Assembly: GCA_039794045.1 (NCBI GenBank)
Contig: JBAMLY010000011.1
Span: 1 to 33,234 of the forward strand
Length of the DNA: 33,234 nt
Direction of reading: 5' to 3'
From: Candidatus Micrarchaeia archaeon
GTDB lineage: Archaea > Micrarchaeota > Micrarchaeia > Norongarragalinales > UBA8480
The notes below the pieces were generated by a model. The model saw only the letters and a program-made list of their open reading frames with translations. It had not been told where the DNA came from and searched no databases. Shown here piece after piece: positions 1-9,630 of the stretch. Position 1 is the first letter of the stretch, and the number at the start of each line of letters is the position of its first letter. The position numbers and the translations under genes were made by a program.

Positions 1-656
1 GCGTTTATGGCGTGCAGCCTCATTGCTGATTCCATTGCAACTGCGTAAAGTGGTGCTTTTTCTCCGTAGTAGTCTTCGAGGTGTTTTAGTTCTTTTTGCA
101 TTCTTTCTTTTCCGACGAAAAACGAGCGTCTCTCGATTACGCGGTAGCCGGAGGCCTCGAACGCCTTATCGCCCGCCACCAGCGCCTGCGCGATTATGCG
201 CGTCACGGCAGGAACGCCGGCGGTTTTTTCTTCGAGTTCCTTCCAGCTTGACTCGTGCAGCCCCACTGCGGCAGCAATAGTCTCTATCTCTTTTGGCGTG
301 AATTCCGTGAAAAAGCGTTTCTTTATCGAAGTGGGAAGCGTGGGGGCGGCATAGGCGCGTTTGATGAACTTTTCTCCCATCGTTCCGTGTGGAGCGCTTT
401 CAGTGGGCTTGCGCACTACGTCGTGCAAATAGCCTGCAGCTTCGGCGAGAAGACCCACTTGTTTTGCCGTCTCAGCTTCCAGTCCTTCCTTCAATGCAAG
501 CTCTTCTGCTACTATTTTCGCATGCCGTGCTACTGCGTGGACGTGGCTCCAGTCATGGACTTTGCTTAGCCCGCCGGTCTTCTCGCGTTCCGCGAACCAG
601 GCGTGAACGTTTTCGCGCGCGCCTTCCACTCCTTTTTCAAGTCTTTCCAAACTCAT
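1..656 (-). CDS. HD-domain metal-dependent phosphohydrolase (runs off the left window edge)
   Basis: Not in the ORF track. My translation from ATG 656 is open to base 1: MSLERLEKG...VHDWSHVHAV...GYLHDVVRK...APHG...GLHE...AGDKAFEA, an H...HD...H...H...D metal-ligand pattern. Confidence 0.8.
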   Translation of the reverse strand, partial: MSLERLEKGVEGARENVHAWFAEREKTGGLSKVHDWSHVHAVARHAKIVAEELALKEGLEAETAKQVGLLAEAAGYLHDVVRKPTESAPHGTMGEKFIKRAYAAPTLPTSIKKRFFTEFTPKEIETIAAAVGLHESSWKELEEKTAGVPAVTRIIAQALVAGDKAFEASGYRVIERRSFFVGKERMQKELKHLEDYYGEKAPLYAVAMESAMRLHAIN

Positions 657-695
657 TTTATCACTTGCTCCTTTTCTGCTTTATTACTGCTTTTA

Positions 696-2084
696 CTATT
701 TATTTAAATTGTTTTTTATTCGCCGTTTTTCGAGCTCGGCGTGCCAGGTGACAAACCGCGGGTTTGGCTCCGTCCACTTTAATTTGCCGTCCTCTGTTTC
801 GAGCCGATCAGCCAAAGGATAAAATACCCTGCGCGCCCGCAACCCGACTTTTCCGCTGCATTCAAAACATCTTCTGGAGTGCGGTAGGCGCGGTTTGCGT
901 GCCCGAAATAAGTGAAACCGCGTCCTTCTGCCACGCGGTGCTCTTCCATTTCCTTGACGTGCTCGTCAAAAAAGCGCTTGACGTCCACAACCTGCGAAGT
1001 GTCTATGTAATTTTCGAGTTTTTTCCACCAGTAATTGTCTCCTTCGGCAGGGTTTATGTAGCCGTGGTGCCACAACCAAAATCGCCAGAACCCCTTTATG
1101 TTGTCGCGAACTCTTACTCGCGCGCCATGGGTAGTTTGAATTACGCGCTCGAGCTCGTCCTGCGCGAACTCTTTTTGTGTGAGGTCGTAGCCGCCCCAGT
1201 CCCATACGAGCGCAGACCCATTTTTTGAGAGCAGCTTTGCAACTGTCTTGAACGCGAGTTTCGAGCGCGGAAGTTGTTGAAGGATGCCCCGCTCACGAGA
1301 AGGTCGACTTTCCCGCGCAACTTGGAAAGTTGTTCAATTGATTTTTTGTAGGTGGTGCTGGTTTTCCAAGGAGGTTTGGGTATGAGGCCAAAAGCGTGGC
1401 TGGCGGCGTAAAAAGTTGTGGGAAGTACGACTATGTTGTCTGGCTTGATTCCGAATTCTTCGGAAAGCTTTTTGGCAACCGTTTCAACTGAAGGCTCGAC
1501 GTCGTTGAGCACCAACCTTATTTTTTGCAGGGCCTGTGGGTCGCGTTTCCGGATTTCTTCAAGTAAAAACCTAGTGGTGTTTCCTTGTCCTACGCCCACG
1601 TCCATGATTGTGAACGCTTGCGGGTTTTCCTTGAGCTTTTTTATCGCTATTTCAGCGCCGCGCCGTGCGTTGAAGCGGTTCATTTCGATTGGAATGCCTT
1701 CTGCAGCCGAGGCGATAAGGTTGTGGTAATGCAAGTCAGTGGTGGTTGATTTAGCCCAGTAGAAAGGAGATTTTACTTGGTGCCAGAAAACCGCTTCCTC
1801 CAAGATTTTTGGAAACCGCTTTTTTGCAGGCTTGCTTTGAATTGCTTTTTTTATTTCAGGGATTTCGGAAACTATTTTCGCCAGGTTCTTGAAGTCCACT
1901 CATTTGTCTACGTGTTCTTCCGGCATTTTGAGGAGGTTATGCGACATCCTCCACTCAGGAGTGTCATTATTTTGACGCCATCGATTCAAGAACCCCAAAC
2001 GCGCTCGTTGACGGCGGTGTCAAGCGGGGAGTCGAAGTCAGCGCACTCCATCGCATTAAAAACTAGTTGCCTTAGCTTATCCAA
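696..2084 (-). pseudogene. Class I SAM-dependent methyltransferase-like gene, disrupted
   Basis: TTG start at 2084 after GGGGGGTGA. Motif I IMDVGVGQG, then LVLNDV and VDLLVSGASFNNF. The reading frame is restored by single-base additions at about 1997, 1270 and 843 and by reading through an in-frame TGA at 1900-1902. This joins track ORFs 1141-1899 and 779-1075 and ends at TAG 696-698. Confidence 0.65.
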
Positions 2085-2154
2085 TTGGACTTCACCCCCC
2101 TAAAACTTTGTTTAACATACTTATTTATTTAAATGTTCTTGTCTTCCTTAGCTT

Positions 2155-3201
2155 GTGATAACTGCAAGCGCTCCTACAAAAGTCATTATTTGTGGCGAGC
2201 ACGCAGTAGTGTACGGCGGCAACGCGATAGCCGCGCCAATTTCTTTCCGCAACGTGGTCGTTCTAGGCAAGCGCGCCGGCAAGCCAAAGTTCGTCTTCTG
2301 CCAGTCTTCTACGCCGGACTGGCACGCGGAACTCGACGCGCAAGGCAACGTGAGCGGCACCCCGCTTTACCAAGGCTTTATGCGCATGGTGCAGCACATC
2401 TTCCACGAGTGCGGCACAAGCGTTTCCGAGCAGGGTCAGCTGCACGCGGAATTAAAGTTCAGCGGCGCGCCGAAAGGAACTGGCAACAGCGCCTCCATTG
2501 CGGCAGCACTTGCCGTGGCGCTCTACGCCTTCCTTGGCGCCAAGCCTTCGCGCGACCAGCTCTTCAATACAGTCCAAATAGCTGAGAAAGTAGCGCACGG
2601 TAATCCCAGTGGAGTGGACGCTCGCACCGTGATTTCCGACTGTGCGCAGCGCTTCCATAAAGAGTGGGACTCACAAGGAAATGTGAAGTTTTTCTTCGAG
2701 GATGTTGACTTGAAGTTGCCGCGCGGCAGTGAGTTGCTAATCATAGATTCAAAGCGCGGGGACGAAAAACCGCAGACCACTGCAGAACTAGTGGCCGCCG
2801 TCGCTAAATACTATTTCAACAAAGGAGCCGCGGAGCTGACGGCCGAAGAACGCGCCAAAATATGCGCGGTCTTCAACCCAGTAATCGCGCGAATAGAGTC
2901 GCAACTGCACGAAAATGGGAACGCGAAACTTCTCGGTGAATACTTCAACGAAAACCATGAGCTCTTGCGTCAGGCAGGCGTTTCAAGCAAAGGAATCGAG
3001 GAAGCGCGCAAAATCGCTTTGGAAAACAGTGCTTATGGCGCGAAGCTGACGGGCGCGGGCGGAGTCGGCGGCGCAGTAATTGCGCTCGTTGCAAAAGAAA
3101 AAATTCCGGTAGTAAAAGCAGCGCTCGAAAAATCAGGCTTCAAGTCATTTCAATCTGAATTCTCGGACCGCGGCGCAAGCGTTGACAGGATAGAGGAATA
3201 A
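2155..3201 (+). CDS. mvk: Mevalonate kinase (GHMP family)
   Basis: N-terminal APTKVIICGEHAVVYG, ATP loop PKGTGNSAS (divergent), AHGNPSGVD and KLTGAGGVGG; adjacent to HMGR. Confidence 0.85.
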   Translation: MITASAPTKVIICGEHAVVYGGNAIAAPISFRNVVVLGKRAGKPKFVFCQSSTPDWHAELDAQGNVSGTPLYQGFMRMVQHIFHECGTSVSEQGQLHAELKFSGAPKGTGNSASIAAALAVALYAFLGAKPSRDQLFNTVQIAEKVAHGNPSGVDARTVISDCAQRFHKEWDSQGNVKFFFEDVDLKLPRGSELLIIDSKRGDEKPQTTAELVAAVAKYYFNKGAAELTAEERAKICAVFNPVIARIESQLHENGNAKLLGEYFNENHELLRQAGVSSKGIEEARKIALENSAYGAKLTGAGGVGGAVIALVAKEKIPVVKAALEKSGFKSFQSEFSDRGASVDRIEE

Positions 3202-4491
3202 CTAGCTCATTTCTTCGAGCAGTTCCTTGGCGCGTGCTGCGTTGACTTTCTTTTCTTCTGCCATGCGCGCAGCAATCTTTTCCGCTAGCGCTCCTTTCGC
3301 GCCTGCTGCCACTGCAATGTTGAAGGCGTGCAAGCGCATGTGGCCGCGCTGGATTCCTTCTGTTGCGAGGGCGCGCAGCGCCGCAAAGTTTTGCGCCAAG
3401 CCAACTGAAGCGATTACTTGCGCGAGCTCTTGCGCCGTCTTGACGCCTAGAATTTTTACTGCGATTTGCGCGATTGGGTGCGTTTTAGTGGCGCCGCCGA
3501 CGAGGCCGACGGCGAGCGGCAACTCTATTTCTCCTTCCAAGTCGCCGTCTTGGTTTTTCTTGTAGCGCGTGAGCGGCGAGTACTTGCCGTTCATCGAGGC
3601 GAAGGCGTGCGCGCCTGCTTCCACTGCTCTCCAGTCATTGCCGGTCGCTACGACTACTGCGTCTACTCCGTTCATTATTCCCTTGTTGTGCGTTGCTGCC
3701 CTGAAAGGGTCTGCTGCAGCGAACGCCCACGCTTCCACTATTGCGTCCACTATTTCTTCTCCACTCAAACTAGTTTTTCCTTTCAGGCTTTCTTCGAGTG
3801 CTTGCTTGCTCCAAGTTGCTCGCGCGCGCGCCAAACGCTTGACTGCGAGGTTGGAAAGGATGCGCAGGCGCGCTTTTCCGCCGCTCAACTCTTCAAGAGA
3901 GGGAGCGAGCGTCTCGGCCATGGTATTCACGGCGTTGGCGCCCATGGCGTCGCGAACGTCGACAAGCAAGTGGACAACCAGCATTTTGTCGAGAGGAGAG
4001 TCTAAAATGCGGGCTTCGACGTCCTTGCAGCCTCCCCCGCATTTGACGAGGACTGGGTCTTTTGCGTTTGCGGCTGCAATTAATTCTTTTTTGCTGGAAA
4101 GTATTTTTTTTATGGCCTCGTCTGGGCTTGGAACTTTGATTAATTGGATTTGGCCGATCATTACTGGTTCGTCTGCGCTCGCGGTAAAACCTTTTGGTAG
4201 TGCAAGCTTGGCCGCGTTGGAGGCGGCTGCAACAACAGAGGGTTCTTCGATGGCGAAGGGAACGAGGTAAGGCTTGCCGTTTACTATGAAGTTCGTCGCA
4301 ATGCCTAGCGGGAGCTGCGTCTCGCCTACCACGTTTTCAATCATGTGGCTGGCGTGGTCGAGCGAGAGCGCGCCTTCCTTGGACAGCGCTGCAACATCTG
4401 CTTCACTGAGGCCACAGTTTTCTGCGAGTTTTTTCTGGCGTTCGCCGACACTCAGTTTATAAAAATCCTCGATTGAACTCGTTTTAGTCAT
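3202..4491 (-). CDS. mvaA: HMG-CoA reductase, class II
   Basis: ENVVG, EEPSVVAAAS, DAMGAN, THNKGIMNG and EGIQRGHM motifs of class II HMGR. Confidence 0.95.
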   Translation of the reverse strand: MTKTSSIEDFYKLSVGERQKKLAENCGLSEADVAALSKEGALSLDHASHMIENVVGETQLPLGIATNFIVNGKPYLVPFAIEEPSVVAAASNAAKLALPKGFTASADEPVMIGQIQLIKVPSPDEAIKKILSSKKELIAAANAKDPVLVKCGGGCKDVEARILDSPLDKMLVVHLLVDVRDAMGANAVNTMAETLAPSLEELSGGKARLRILSNLAVKRLARARATWSKQALEESLKGKTSLSGEEIVDAIVEAWAFAAADPFRAATHNKGIMNGVDAVVVATGNDWRAVEAGAHAFASMNGKYSPLTRYKKNQDGDLEGEIELPLAVGLVGGATKTHPIAQIAVKILGVKTAQELAQVIASVGLAQNFAALRALATEGIQRGHMRLHAFNIAVAAGAKGALAEKIAARMAEEKKVNAARAKELLEEMS

Positions 4492-4626
4492 CTAAATCAC
4501 TTATTTTTCAGTGGGAACTAATAAAAACCACAAACTCGTCTTCGTTTTTCGTCGTAGTACGTTACGTTTTTTAATGCGTTGTTGTATAAGCTTTCTTGCG
4601 TTTTTTTGCTTTTCTAGTTAGAACTG

Positions 4627-5685
4627 GTGTTTTCAGTGAAAGTAGGAATAATGGGTTACGGTGTGGCAATTCCTCGCTTGCGCATTAAAGTCAGCGAGAT
4701 TGCCCGGGTTTGGGGAAAGGACGGGGAAAGCTTGAGCGACGGCCTGGGAATAAAAGAGAAGGCAGTTGCTTCTTTTGACGAGGACAGTTGCACGCTTGCG
4801 GTAGAGGCCGCGCGCTTGGCGCTGGAGTGCTCTAAGGCAAGCGCAGAGAAAGTTGGTGCAATCTTCGTGGGAAGTGAGAGCAAGCCTTACGCTGTAAAGC
4901 CAACTGCGTCCATTGTCGCGCAAGCTCTTGGCTCGGTTCCAAACCTTACTGCCGCGGACTTCGAGTTCGCTTGCAAGGCAGGAACTGCTGCACTGCAGGC
5001 TTGCATTGGAATGATTGCAAGTGGAATGATTGAATACGGCATCGCCATAGGCAGCGACACCGCGCAAGGAAGGCCTAACGACGCCCTTGAATACAGTGCT
5101 GGCGGCGGGGGAGCGGCTTTCGTGGTGGGCGCGAGCGACTACATCGCTGAAATAGAGGCTACTTACTCGTTTACTACTGACACTCCTGACTTTTGGCGGA
5201 GGCAGCACGCCTTGTACCCGCGCCACGGAGGCAGATTTACTGCTGAGCCGGCTTACTTCAAGCACGTGCTCGGCGCTGCAAAGGGGTTGATGGAGCGCAT
5301 CGGCGCTTCGCCTACCGACTACGACTACGTCGTGTTCCACCAACCTAATGGAAAGTTTCCGTTGCGGGCAGCTAAAATGCTTGGCTTTGAAGAATCTAAA
5401 GTCAAGCAAGGCCTGGTGACGCCCTTGATTGGCAACACTTACAGCGCGGCTTCCTTGATTGGGTTGGCGAGCGTCCTTGACGTTGCCAAGCCCGGCCAAC
5501 GCATTTTCGTGACCTCGTACGGCAGCGGCGCTGGCAGCGACGCGTTCAGCTTGAACGTGACCGACAAGATTCTTGAAGCTGGCCGCAGGCCCAAGGAAAG
5601 CGTTTTCGCTGCGATAGAGAAAAACAAGAAGTACGTTGACTACGCTGTGTACGCGCGCCACAGGCGCAAGATAAAGAGCTTGTGA
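4627..5685 (+). CDS. Archaeal HMG-CoA synthase (start may be GTG 4636)
   Basis: [19 protein letters not shown] (catalytic Cys), [15 protein letters not shown] and SYGSGAGSD; upstream of thiolase and DUF35. Confidence 0.95.
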   Translation: MFSVKVGIMGYGVAIPRLRIKVSEIARVWGKDGESLSDGLGIKEKAVASFDEDSCTLAVEAARLALECSKASAEKVGAIFVGSESKPYAVKPTASIVAQALGSVPNLTAADFEFACKAGTAALQACIGMIASGMIEYGIAIGSDTAQGRPNDALEYSAGGGGAAFVVGASDYIAEIEATYSFTTDTPDFWRRQHALYPRHGGRFTAEPAYFKHVLGAAKGLMERIGASPTDYDYVVFHQPNGKFPLRAAKMLGFEESKVKQGLVTPLIGNTYSAASLIGLASVLDVAKPGQRIFVTSYGSGAGSDAFSLNVTDKILEAGRRPKESVFAAIEKNKKYVDYAVYARHRRKIKSL

Positions 5686-5703
5686 TTGCAAGAGATGATG
5701 TTC

Positions 5704-6867
5704 ATGAGAAGCGTTTCAGTAATTGGGGCGGGAATGACGAAGTTCGGCGATCACTGGGAACGTAGCTTCCGCGACCTCATAGTTGAGGCGGGCGTGAAAG
5801 CTGTTGCAGACGCGAGGATTGAGGGCAGTGACATTGAAGCCATTTACGGCGGCTGCATGGCGTCCGGGAAGCTCATTTCGCAGGAACACATTGGCGCCCT
5901 CATCGCCGACCAAATGGGTTTGAATCCAATTCCCAGCACGCGCGTGGAAGCGGCTTGCGCTTCCGGCGGCGTTGCATTGCGCCAGGCTTACTTGGCTGTT
6001 GCGAGCGGGGCTTTCGACGTCGTGGCGGTAGGTGGCGTCGAGAAAATGACTGAAGTGAGTACTGAAGAAGTAGCTCTGGCTTTGGGCGGCGCAGGCGACC
6101 AAGAATGGGAGTTGTTCCAGGGAACGACTTTTCCCGCGCTTTACGCTTTAATGGCGTGTAGGCACATGAAAGAATATGGCACGACGGAAGAGCAAATGGC
6201 TTTGTGCGCCGTCAAGAACCATGCCAATGCAGTCCACAACCCGAACGCGCAGTTTCAGAAAGCGATAAAACTTGAAGACGTGATGGAGTCAGGCTACATC
6301 GCCGAGCCCTTGAAACTATTGGATTGTTCTCCTATAACGGATGGCGCGGCTTGCGTGATACTCGCAGCTTCAGACAAGGCAAAGAAATACTGTGACTCTC
6401 CAGTTGAAATAATTGGGAGCGCTCAAGCTTCCGACACGCTCGCATTGGCTCAGCGCGCTACATTGACTTCATTGCGTGCAACTCGCGAGGCGGCAGCGGC
6501 GGCTTACGCTCAAGCAGGTATTACTGCTAAGGACGTGGACTTAGCTGAAGTGCATGACTGCTTCACTATAAACGAGATTCTTGCGATAGAAGACCTTGGC
6601 TTCTTTCCGAAGGGGAAAGGCGGGAAAGCAGTAGAGGAAGGCGAGACTCAATTGAACGCGAAAATAACAGTGAACGCTTCAGGTGGCCTCAAAGCAAAAG
6701 GGCATCCCGTGGGCGCGACTGGCGTGGCTCAAGCTGTAGAGGTTTTCTGGCAGTTGCAGGGCCGCGCTGAAAAGAGGCAAGTGAAGGACGCCGAAATTGG
6801 TTTGACTCACAACGTGGGCGGCAGCGGTGCTACCGCAGTAGTCCACGTTTTCAGGAGGCTTGACTAA
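5704..6867 (+). CDS. Acetoacetyl-CoA thiolase
   Basis: EAACASG, GGVEKM, EVHDCF, SGGLKAKGHPVGATG and HNVGG motifs. Confidence 0.95.
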   Translation: MRSVSVIGAGMTKFGDHWERSFRDLIVEAGVKAVADARIEGSDIEAIYGGCMASGKLISQEHIGALIADQMGLNPIPSTRVEAACASGGVALRQAYLAVASGAFDVVAVGGVEKMTEVSTEEVALALGGAGDQEWELFQGTTFPALYALMACRHMKEYGTTEEQMALCAVKNHANAVHNPNAQFQKAIKLEDVMESGYIAEPLKLLDCSPITDGAACVILAASDKAKKYCDSPVEIIGSAQASDTLALAQRATLTSLRATREAAAAAYAQAGITAKDVDLAEVHDCFTINEILAIEDLGFFPKGKGGKAVEEGETQLNAKITVNASGGLKAKGHPVGATGVAQAVEVFWQLQGRAEKRQVKDAEIGLTHNVGGSGATAVVHVFRRLD

Positions 6868-6868
6868 A

Positions 6869-7270
6869 ATGAATGGAGCGCTTCCTTTGATGTGGCGCAG
6901 GATTCCAGAGCGCTACAATTTGGTGGGCGTGCGCTGCGAAACGTGCGGCACGGAATATTTTCCGCAAAGAAAAATTTGCCCGAAGTGCAGGCGTCGCGGC
7001 AAACTCGTTCAAAAGCAAATGCCTTTGGAAGGAAAAATTTATTCTTTTACTCGAGTTCACTCTGGGCCGCGGGGGTTCGAGCACGAGACTCCCTACAACC
7101 TTGCCCTCATAGAGTTGGCGAACGGCGTTCGCGTGCTCTCGCAAATAGTTGACTCCGAAGAGGAAGACATCAAGATTGGCGCGCCAGTGAAAATGGTTTT
7201 CCGGAAGGCCATGGAAGACGGGGAAGAAGGAATAATCGCCTACGGCTACAAGTTCAAGATCGTGAAGTAG
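6869..7270 (+). CDS. DUF35 zinc-ribbon/OB-fold scaffold of the thiolase-HMGS complex
   Basis: CETCG..YFPQRKICPKC zinc ribbon, OB-fold, C-terminal YGYKF; canonical position after the thiolase. Confidence 0.93.
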   Translation: MNGALPLMWRRIPERYNLVGVRCETCGTEYFPQRKICPKCRRRGKLVQKQMPLEGKIYSFTRVHSGPRGFEHETPYNLALIELANGVRVLSQIVDSEEEDIKIGAPVKMVFRKAMEDGEEGIIAYGYKFKIVK

Positions 7271-7276
7271 CGGCGG

Positions 7277-7885
7277 TTAGCGCAGGCTTTTTACGAAGCC
7301 GAAGTTTGAGTCTTTGATTTTTTTCCAGCCGTGCTTGGGTGCGAACTTTCCAGTTGTTTCGGGGTCGAAGTCGGCCTCGATTTCCTTGTATCCGTGCAGT
7401 CGCGCGATTTCCTCGCAGAGCATCATAAGCAGCGGACCCAAACGTTTTTTGCGGTAGTTGTAAGTTACGAACTTCCTTTGTTCCCCTTTTGGCTGCGGCT
7501 TTTCCTGGAAAACGTGTTCTTCTATGTCAAGGTTTTCAAAGCGCGCGAGATCGGGGTAAAGCCTCAGGTAGACGCGGCCGACGTGCTGGTTGAATCCCTT
7601 TGGCCCGACCGTGTAAAGCCAGAAGTAATGGCTGGAACTGCGTTTCGTGCGCTCCGCCGCGGATTTTCTTAGTACCAGCAGCCCGCCCTTGCGCAGGGGA
7701 TCGCGCATTACGTGCACCAGAACCTGGCCGAAATCGTTCTTGACGACAGGAATGGTTTTGCCCCCCTGTTTGACCTGCCAGTGCGTGCGTTTTTCCAGCG
7801 GCGGCTTTTCCAGCGCGAGCTTTTTGAACAAAGGGTGGCTGAACGTCTGCAGGGAATGCTTTCCGAAAGCCAGTGCTTTGCTCAT
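7277..7885 (-). CDS. Hypothetical protein with a C-terminal GNAT-like fold
   Basis: ATG 7885 overlaps the DUF2207 stop (ATGA). YRKKRLGPLLMMLCEEIARLHGY resembles GNAT motif A and F..KHGW resembles motif B. The track ORF start at 8194 is spurious. Confidence 0.55.
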   Translation of the reverse strand: MSKALAFGKHSLQTFSHPLFKKLALEKPPLEKRTHWQVKQGGKTIPVVKNDFGQVLVHVMRDPLRKGGLLVLRKSAAERTKRSSSHYFWLYTVGPKGFNQHVGRVYLRLYPDLARFENLDIEEHVFQEKPQPKGEQRKFVTYNYRKKRLGPLLMMLCEEIARLHGYKEIEADFDPETTGKFAPKHGWKKIKDSNFGFVKSLR

Positions 7886-9630
7886 CCGGCGCCGCCTCCG
7901 CCTCCACCGCCGCCCCCTCCGCCACCGCCTCCCCCGCTGCCCGAAACCGACGCGGCCGAGGCTGAAGAGAAGTTGCTTGAGAACGACGAGGCGAAGCCGT
8001 GCGAGACCGCGACCGCCGCGAAGCCGTTGTAGCGCGCGGGCACCACGTTCAGCGCCTCCATCTGCTTCTGCACCTTCTCGGCGTTGCCAAAAACAGTTGC
8101 GTAGACTAGATACTGCTCCCAAAGGGTGATGTCTGTCGGGAGTTTCTGCTTGAAGCTGCCGAACCGGTCCAGGAACTTGCGCAGCCCGTTCCACGCCTCG
8201 TAACGCTCCTCGCCGTCCTCAGTGAAGCGCGTCAGGGTGAACTTGAAAATGCCGTCGATTGCGAGGAAGAGCAGCGCTATGAAGCCTGCTGCGAAGAACC
8301 AAATGGCGCCGCTGCGCGCGGCCGCCTTGCCGACGATGGCAGAGAAGGCAATTCCGCAGAAGAAAGTAAGCACGAACAATCCAGCTATCAGCCCCCTGAA
8401 CTTGTTCTTGCCCGTCATGTCAAGAACCTTGTCGCGGAAGCCGGTTTGGATGTCAGCGAGGGTTTGGTTCTGCCAGTTCTGAACCATTGACGTGGTGTCG
8501 CGCTTGTGCGCGTCGCGCACCTCGGAAAGCTTCACCGAATCCACTGTTTCGATTGCGCCCGAGAGCCAGCTGCCCGTCTTCTTCTTGAACACTTCGCTAA
8601 GCAGTTTGTGCTCGAGCGGGTGAAGCGAGCCCTTTCCTTGCGCGCGTGTGAGCTGGTAGTCATCGCCGCCGAAAAGGCCAGTCTTCTTGATGCGCTCTAT
8701 CTTCACGAAGCCGCGGCGCGACAAGTCCAGCAGCGTCGCGGTCATGCTCTTCACCGAGGTGTTGAGAGTGAGTAAATACTCGACTTCCCACGGCTTGTCG
8801 TCGTAGGGAATGTCGTACGTCAACCGCTTCTGCGCCCTGCCCAGCTCGCGGCCGTACTTGTTGTAGAAGTAGTAGAAGCCGAACGCCAGGATCACGAAGA
8901 CGGCGAGCGGGTAGAGCCACAGCATTGAAACCCAGGAAGGCGCGCCGCCGGTTTGCGAGCTTTCCTCTGCAACGACTTTGTCGTAGCCCTTGCCTCCGAC
9001 AACCAGCGCCTGGCCGCCGGAGAGCGCTTCCTTGTTGAACAGCACGCGGAACTCCACGAAAGTGTAGTAGGGAATGTTTTGCGCCTTGACTACGAGCGTG
9101 TCGCCCTGGAGGTTGTAAGTTGATTTCGCCTCGGAGTGCGTCCATACGCGCGTTCCCGAATAGAGGGCGCGCGGGAACTTCACGGTCGCCTCGAAGGAAG
9201 AGACGATCGCGCCCCATCCCTCGCCCCACGCCTTCCAGTAAAAGTCGTAAGCGTCGTCGTAGGATTTGATTGCGCGCGCCAGCCTGTAGCTGACCACGAA
9301 CGTTTTGCGTTCATTTTGCGCGCTGAAATACCACTTGATGCGCTTGTCGCCGCCGTAGTAGCTTTCCTCGTAATCGACCGGAGTCAGCTGCCCGTCCTTC
9401 AGCTCGTAGACGCCGATGTCGGAGTAGCTCCAGCTTCCCTGCGGCAGGTCGCGGTAGGCGAAGGTGTACGAGCCCGAGAAGCTGAAAACCATCTGCTCGC
9501 GCACCGAGACGCTCGCGTCGTCGGCAACGTCGTAGAACACGTTCACTTGCGGGAAATAGTAGCTTTTGGCGCCCGCGAAACCGATGAGGAAAACGAATGC
9601 GACGATGGAAAGAAGCGCAAGCTTTCTCAT
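7882..9630 (-). CDS. DUF2207 family membrane protein
   Basis: Signal peptide, extracellular beta domain, TM segments, ATLLDLSRRG, WEQYLVYATVFG and a poly-Gly tail (GSGGGGG...GAG) typical of DUF2207. ATG 9630 overlaps the upstream stop. Confidence 0.9.
   Translation of the reverse strand: MRKLALLSIVAFVFLIGFAGAKSYYFPQVNVFYDVADDASVSVREQMVFSFSGSYTFAYRDLPQGSWSYSDIGVYELKDGQLTPVDYEESYYGGDKRIKWYFSAQNERKTFVVSYRLARAIKSYDDAYDFYWKAWGEGWGAIVSSFEATVKFPRALYSGTRVWTHSEAKSTYNLQGDTLVVKAQNIPYYTFVEFRVLFNKEALSGGQALVVGGKGYDKVVAEESSQTGGAPSWVSMLWLYPLAVFVILAFGFYYFYNKYGRELGRAQKRLTYDIPYDDKPWEVEYLLTLNTSVKSMTATLLDLSRRGFVKIERIKKTGLFGGDDYQLTRAQGKGSLHPLEHKLLSEVFKKKTGSWLSGAIETVDSVKLSEVRDAHKRDTTSMVQNWQNQTLADIQTGFRDKVLDMTGKNKFRGLIAGLFVLTFFCGIAFSAIVGKAAARSGAIWFFAAGFIALLFLAIDGIFKFTLTRFTEDGEERYEAWNGLRKFLDRFGSFKQKLPTDITLWEQYLVYATVFGNAEKVQKQMEALNVVPARYNGFAAVAVSHGFASSFSSNFSSASAASVSGSGGGGGGGGGGGGGGGAG

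Noticed and set aside
1900..1902. TGA recoding (selenocysteine or alternative code) in the methyltransferase
   Set aside because: TGA ends many intact genes here, no SECIS is evident and the same gene has frameshifts.
4633..5691. 352-aa antisense ORF over HMGS (and similar shadow ORFs over HMGR, hel308 and aspS)
   Set aside because: Mirror frames of well-supported genes with no recognisable motifs.
7886..7940. (CCG/CCT)n repeat tract
   Set aside because: It encodes the normal poly-Gly tail of DUF2207 and is not a separate repeat element.
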